Shown: in pieces, positions 16,775-20,000 of the stretch
Numbering within the stretch: position 1 is the first letter of the stretch
Layout of the letters: each line of letters begins with the position of its first letter
Virus record (IMG/VR): IMGVR_UViG_3300044610_000169
Length of the DNA: 20,000 nt
Direction: 5' to 3' (one strand)
Source of the DNA: an uncultured virus (IMG/VR IMGVR_UViG_3300044610_000169)
Lineage: Duplodnaviria; Heunggongvirae; Uroviricota; Caudoviricetes
Position numbers and translations under genes: made by a program
The notes under the pieces: generated by a model
Told to the model about the DNA's origin: nothing
Database searches by the model: none
What the model saw: the letters and a program-made list of their open reading frames with translations, nothing else

Positions 16775-17170
16775 TTACGCTGCGGCTTCGAGTCCTGCGG
16801 TCGTTCCGTTGCTCGCAATGGTAAACGCCTTCCACGAAGTCGCAGACTCGCAGATGCAAATAACCATCTGGTTGGCAGCAACCGCCGACTCAGCAGCAGC
16901 ACCAGTGCCTCCGTTGATAGCAATTGTTGCTGGAGCCGTGGTTCGCAACTCGCCTCCAGTTGCCGCGCCGGCAATGATGACGATCTTTCCTGGCTCTGGA
17001 TTCGGAAGAATCAAGATGTTGTTCGCGTTACCCCAAGTTGGGATGACCAACTGAACCAACCGCTCGTCAGGGATTCGGGTTCCAGTATCCGTCGCGATCA
17101 ACGGAACCAAACCAGGACCGTTGCTACTAAAAGCATTAAGCAACTCATTCAAAATCTTATGCTCCGACAT
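16775..17170 (-). CDS. Small structural protein, similar to the fibre C-terminal domain
   Basis: 131 aa with AAAGGAGA Shine-Dalgarno; LILPNPEPGKIVII...AING...ICICESATSW. Confidence 0.8.
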   Translation of the reverse strand: MSEHKILNELLNAFSSNGPGLVPLIATDTGTRIPDERLVQLVIPTWGNANNILILPNPEPGKIVIIAGAATGGELRTTAPATIAINGGTGAAAESAVAANQMVICICESATSWKAFTIASNGTTAGLEAAA

Positions 17171-17194
17171 GCTTACTCTCCTTTGAGTAAAAAA

Positions 17195-17518
17195 TCAATC
17201 TTTCATGGTGATGCCAGCAACACCCGCAGCGTTGCCGACGATCTTCAAAAAACTTGCGCCAATCAAAGCCGCAGGGAACGCGTAATTGTACCCTGCCGCC
17301 ACGGTCGACGTAACGTCAGCATTCGAGCCGTCCCTGACTTGGGTGTAAACCCCATTGTCAGTCAAGCTAGCATACCAGTTCAATGTCGTCAGAGACGAAC
17401 CCGCAGGGATATGCACCCTCCCAGTTTCGGAGCTACTGAAATCAATCACTGAACTCGCGGCAATCGAGGTTCCAATCGTCACCGCTGGAATCTGAGCACT
17501 GTATCGTTGTGTTGTCAC
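17195..17518 (-). CDS. Small beta-rich hypothetical structural protein
   Basis: 107 aa; GTGA start/stop overlap with the upstream gene and GGAGGA upstream. Confidence 0.78.
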   Translation of the reverse strand: MTTQRYSAQIPAVTIGTSIAASSVIDFSSSETGRVHIPAGSSLTTLNWYASLTDNGVYTQVRDGSNADVTSTVAAGYNYAFPAALIGASFLKIVGNAAGVAGITMKD

Positions 17519-18768
17519 TGAATCTGTCCTCCAATTGTCAACCGTCCAATTCGCTGTTCTCGGCTACGGTAATCATAATCGAAAACGCTACGATTTCCAT
17601 ACTCGCCGCGGGGTGCATCTGGTCCTAAACTTGTCGGACTTGACCGTTCCATGTCATTTCGGATGGCTAGAGCGATCATTTCCAGGAATCGCTTCTCGTG
17701 AACGTGCTCTCTTTCCTCGTAATTGTGCTCTGCCGCTGCCAAGCAAGCCTCAAGGATGACCTGGCTGAGCATTTCCCCGCCGACCGGAAAAAGACTCGAT
17801 TCGTTGAGCTCCACCGGACGGAGAATCATCGGCACTCGCATGGTGTATGCCGCGTCTGGAGCAGGGTAAAACGCCAGGGTCTTCCTGCTTCCGACCGCTG
17901 GATCAAACCTGCTGGTCCTCACCGAGTAGTAGCAAGGACGGCTAAACTCTGGGTTGTCAGCCTCCAGTTTACGTATCGTTGAATCGTGGCGATTGCTCAC
18001 CGATGGATACCACTGGTCTGGACCAGGGTAGTACGCCAAGTCGCTGTCGTTTGCCACTGAGTCGAAGGAAACGTCCATTGCCACCTCTGGCATCGCCAGT
18101 TTGTAGGCTGTGCTACTGGTTTGGGTGACGCTGGTATTGTCAAGGGTGATCTGAGTATTGCTCCCGCGACTTGCAACCGAGTAGTACTTGCTACCCACCA
18201 TCAGCACTCCGCTTGCTGCCCAGCTCGGGAATACCCCGCCTACGAGCGTAACGACACCTGCGGCAATGGTAATTGTCCCTGTTGCGTAAGGTGCCGTGGT
18301 AGTCACGTCAACCAACGGTCTGAAAAAGGACCACTCATGCGCTGCGTAAACTCGACTCAAGCCATCTCGAATGCAGTAATTGATTCTGGTCAACTGATCG
18401 GTAGCGAAGACCGTCCCAACCTCCGCGCCGAACAAGTAATGACCTACCCGCTCCCTGAGAGTAAGGTAACTGACTGGACCGCCGCCTGAAACGCTAGCCG
18501 CTGCCGCAAAGTCCACTTCGAAGTGGTACGTTGACCCGCCGTAGACAAACTCAACGTAAGCCGTGTAAGCCACGTTTGGCAAGTCGGCAAACTCATACTG
18601 GTACGTTCCTGTCGAAACTAGAGTCATTGACGTGTTGTCAGCGACCACAACCGCATCAGTGTCGTTGCGCTTGACCCCGAAGGTTCCAGTTGGGTCCGAG
18701 AGCTTCGCCGACGTCACGTTGGTCGGAACGCCGTCAACCTTAAACGTTTTGCGTACAATGCGAGCCAT
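17515..18768 (-). CDS. Putative head-tail adaptor / tail tubular protein A-like, with extra N-terminal beta domain and internal insertion
   Basis: 417 aa. YLTLRERVGHYL...INYCIRDGLSRVYAAHEWSFF and LAFYPAPDAAYTMRV resemble podovirus adaptor motifs. TAATG overlap with the upstream gene. Confidence 0.72.
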   Translation of the reverse strand: MARIVRKTFKVDGVPTNVTSAKLSDPTGTFGVKRNDTDAVVVADNTSMTLVSTGTYQYEFADLPNVAYTAYVEFVYGGSTYHFEVDFAAAASVSGGGPVSYLTLRERVGHYLFGAEVGTVFATDQLTRINYCIRDGLSRVYAAHEWSFFRPLVDVTTTAPYATGTITIAAGVVTLVGGVFPSWAASGVLMVGSKYYSVASRGSNTQITLDNTSVTQTSSTAYKLAMPEVAMDVSFDSVANDSDLAYYPGPDQWYPSVSNRHDSTIRKLEADNPEFSRPCYYSVRTSRFDPAVGSRKTLAFYPAPDAAYTMRVPMILRPVELNESSLFPVGGEMLSQVILEACLAAAEHNYEEREHVHEKRFLEMIALAIRNDMERSSPTSLGPDAPRGEYGNRSVFDYDYRSREQRIGRLTIGGQIQ

Positions 18769-19946
18769 TACGTCACCGTTATGCTTCTGTCTTCAACCGT
18801 GATATTTACCGCACCGCCCTGACCGCCGCCGTTTACAACCATTGATACCGCAATTGTATCGAAGCGGAATTGCCCCGCGCCATCGCTCTCGATCATGCTA
18901 TCGAGCCTGCTAAGGGCCTGAGTAGCTGCAACCGCTGTAGCAATCTCCGTTGCCGCATCCGCTGCCAAGCCCGCCGCTGTAAACCAATTAGCAGAGAATG
19001 CCGCCGAAGTTATCACGCCAGCCTGTAGTGCGTGAATGTCTGCTGCAATATGGCCGGATCCCCCGCCGGTCACTTGAACCGATCGGTTATTGTTGTTTGA
19101 AATCAAGATGTGCTTACCGAAGCTATCGGCAACCCATGTCGTCGTCGTCAATGCGTTCCAAACGGCAGTAGGGATCGCATCTACCGCACCGTTAGCCGTG
19201 AGAGCATTAGCCCCTAGCTCATCTACCTTTGTCACCAGTGCTACCGATCCGTCTTGAGCCCCAAGGCCAGTACTCGGCGTCAGATTGACGTTAAACCCGA
19301 ATGCCGTTAGCGTCCTAGTTGCTGCGCTCCATACCGCCGTCGCAACGTCACTGACTAGCGTACCGAATCCAGTTAGCGTTCGAGTTCCTGCCGACCAGAC
19401 CGATGTAGCAACGCTTGAAAGCGACGCCGACGACAAACCGTAATCTGTCTTGTCTCCAACCACCTGAGCATTTGCCGCAATCCGACCATCGACCAACGCC
19501 GCTGGGATCCTCGATTGGATATTCTGGGTATCGGTCTCAATGTCGGCAAGCTTCGACAACCCAAACGCTGCCGCATCCTGATAATCAACCGCATCGAGTT
19601 CGATTTCGATCAACACGGGAAGCATATTGGCAACACCCCGAACGCAAAGCTCAACCCACTCGACGCCCGCTGCCGAAGCAAAAGCCGCATCGGGAAAATC
19701 TACCTCATAACGCCCTGCTAGCGCTCCACTTGCGACGATACCACCTGAGACGTAAGTGCCAAGGGTTTTGGATACTGCGGTAACGCTAGTCCAAGTCGAT
19801 TGATTTTGCCGCCTGTACTCAAGCACTAGCCCGCTAGATGAGTGCGTCACCCCGCTTAGCCCGCCGCCCGTTGTGCTGCTAGTGTCAACGATGAACACCG
19901 GGAGCGATCGACTGGTTTTTGCCCTGGTTGTCTTTTGCTTGCTCAT
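18768..19946 (-). CDS. Ala/Thr/Gly-rich putative virion structural (fibre/decoration-associated) protein with AVW repeats
   Basis: 392 aa; ATGA overlap with the upstream gene and GGAGGA Shine-Dalgarno. Tandem VATSVWSAGTRTLTGFG / VATAVWSAATRTLTAFG and a third IPTAVWNALT. Confidence 0.8.
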   Translation of the reverse strand: MSKQKTTRAKTSRSLPVFIVDTSSTTGGGLSGVTHSSSGLVLEYRRQNQSTWTSVTAVSKTLGTYVSGGIVASGALAGRYEVDFPDAAFASAAGVEWVELCVRGVANMLPVLIEIELDAVDYQDAAAFGLSKLADIETDTQNIQSRIPAALVDGRIAANAQVVGDKTDYGLSSASLSSVATSVWSAGTRTLTGFGTLVSDVATAVWSAATRTLTAFGFNVNLTPSTGLGAQDGSVALVTKVDELGANALTANGAVDAIPTAVWNALTTTTWVADSFGKHILISNNNNRSVQVTGGGSGHIAADIHALQAGVITSAAFSANWFTAAGLAADAATEIATAVAATQALSRLDSMIESDGAGQFRFDTIAVSMVVNGGGQGGAVNITVEDRSITVT

Positions 19947-19999
19947 CCCGAATATCCTCCATCCATAGACCTAGGCAAAATCAAACCGCCACCGCCGCC
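19943..19999 (-). CDS. 3' end of an upstream gene (partial)
   Basis: Reads GGGGGLILPRSMDGGYSG-stop; its TGA overlaps the next ATG (ATGA). Confidence 0.65.
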   Translation of the reverse strand, partial: GGGGGLILPRSMDGGYSG

Positions 20000-20000
20000 A

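Noticed and set aside
16767..16859. ORF-track upstream start (16859) for the nozzle-like gene
   Set aside because: It overlaps the 131-aa gene; ATG 16766 follows its stop by 8 nt.
643..19783. Numerous plus-strand ORFs (e.g. 8604-9425, 10751-11476, 15018-15947, 15954-16718, 16715-17452)
   Set aside because: Antisense shadows of a gap-free minus-strand operon, with no recognisable motifs.
1..20000. CRISPR array, tRNA/ncRNA, diversity-generating retroelement, integrase or transposase
   Set aside because: Intergenic gaps are at most about 50 nt, and I saw no exact DNA repeat arrays, reverse transcriptase or recombinase motifs; the repeats found are degenerate and protein-level.

Overview
The window is a tightly packed, entirely minus-strand stretch of a tailed bacteriophage (or prophage) virion module with podovirus-like gene order. 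From the right: partial structural gene, repeat-bearing structural protein, head-tail adaptor-like protein, two small structural proteins, tail nozzle/stabilisation-like protein, 13-repeat fibre protein, long helical protein, two cysteine-rich proteins, an Erv/Alr-like sulfhydryl-oxidase domain fused to a GT-A glycosyltransferase, a Q/P-rich protein ending in an SHD1-like domain (suggesting a Planctomycetota/Verrucomicrobiota host), and a giant ORF of more than 1960 aa. The giant ORF is absent from the ORF track because it runs off the left edge. It carries a TGT/DpdA-like base-exchange domain and an SF2 helicase. Two candidate novel systems stand out: (1) a phage-encoded disulfide-formation plus glycosylation cassette beside Cys-rich virion genes; (2) a probably injected polyvalent protein coupling a guanine-transglycosylase-like fold to a helicase. 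All family assignments come from motif recognition by eye; no searches were run.
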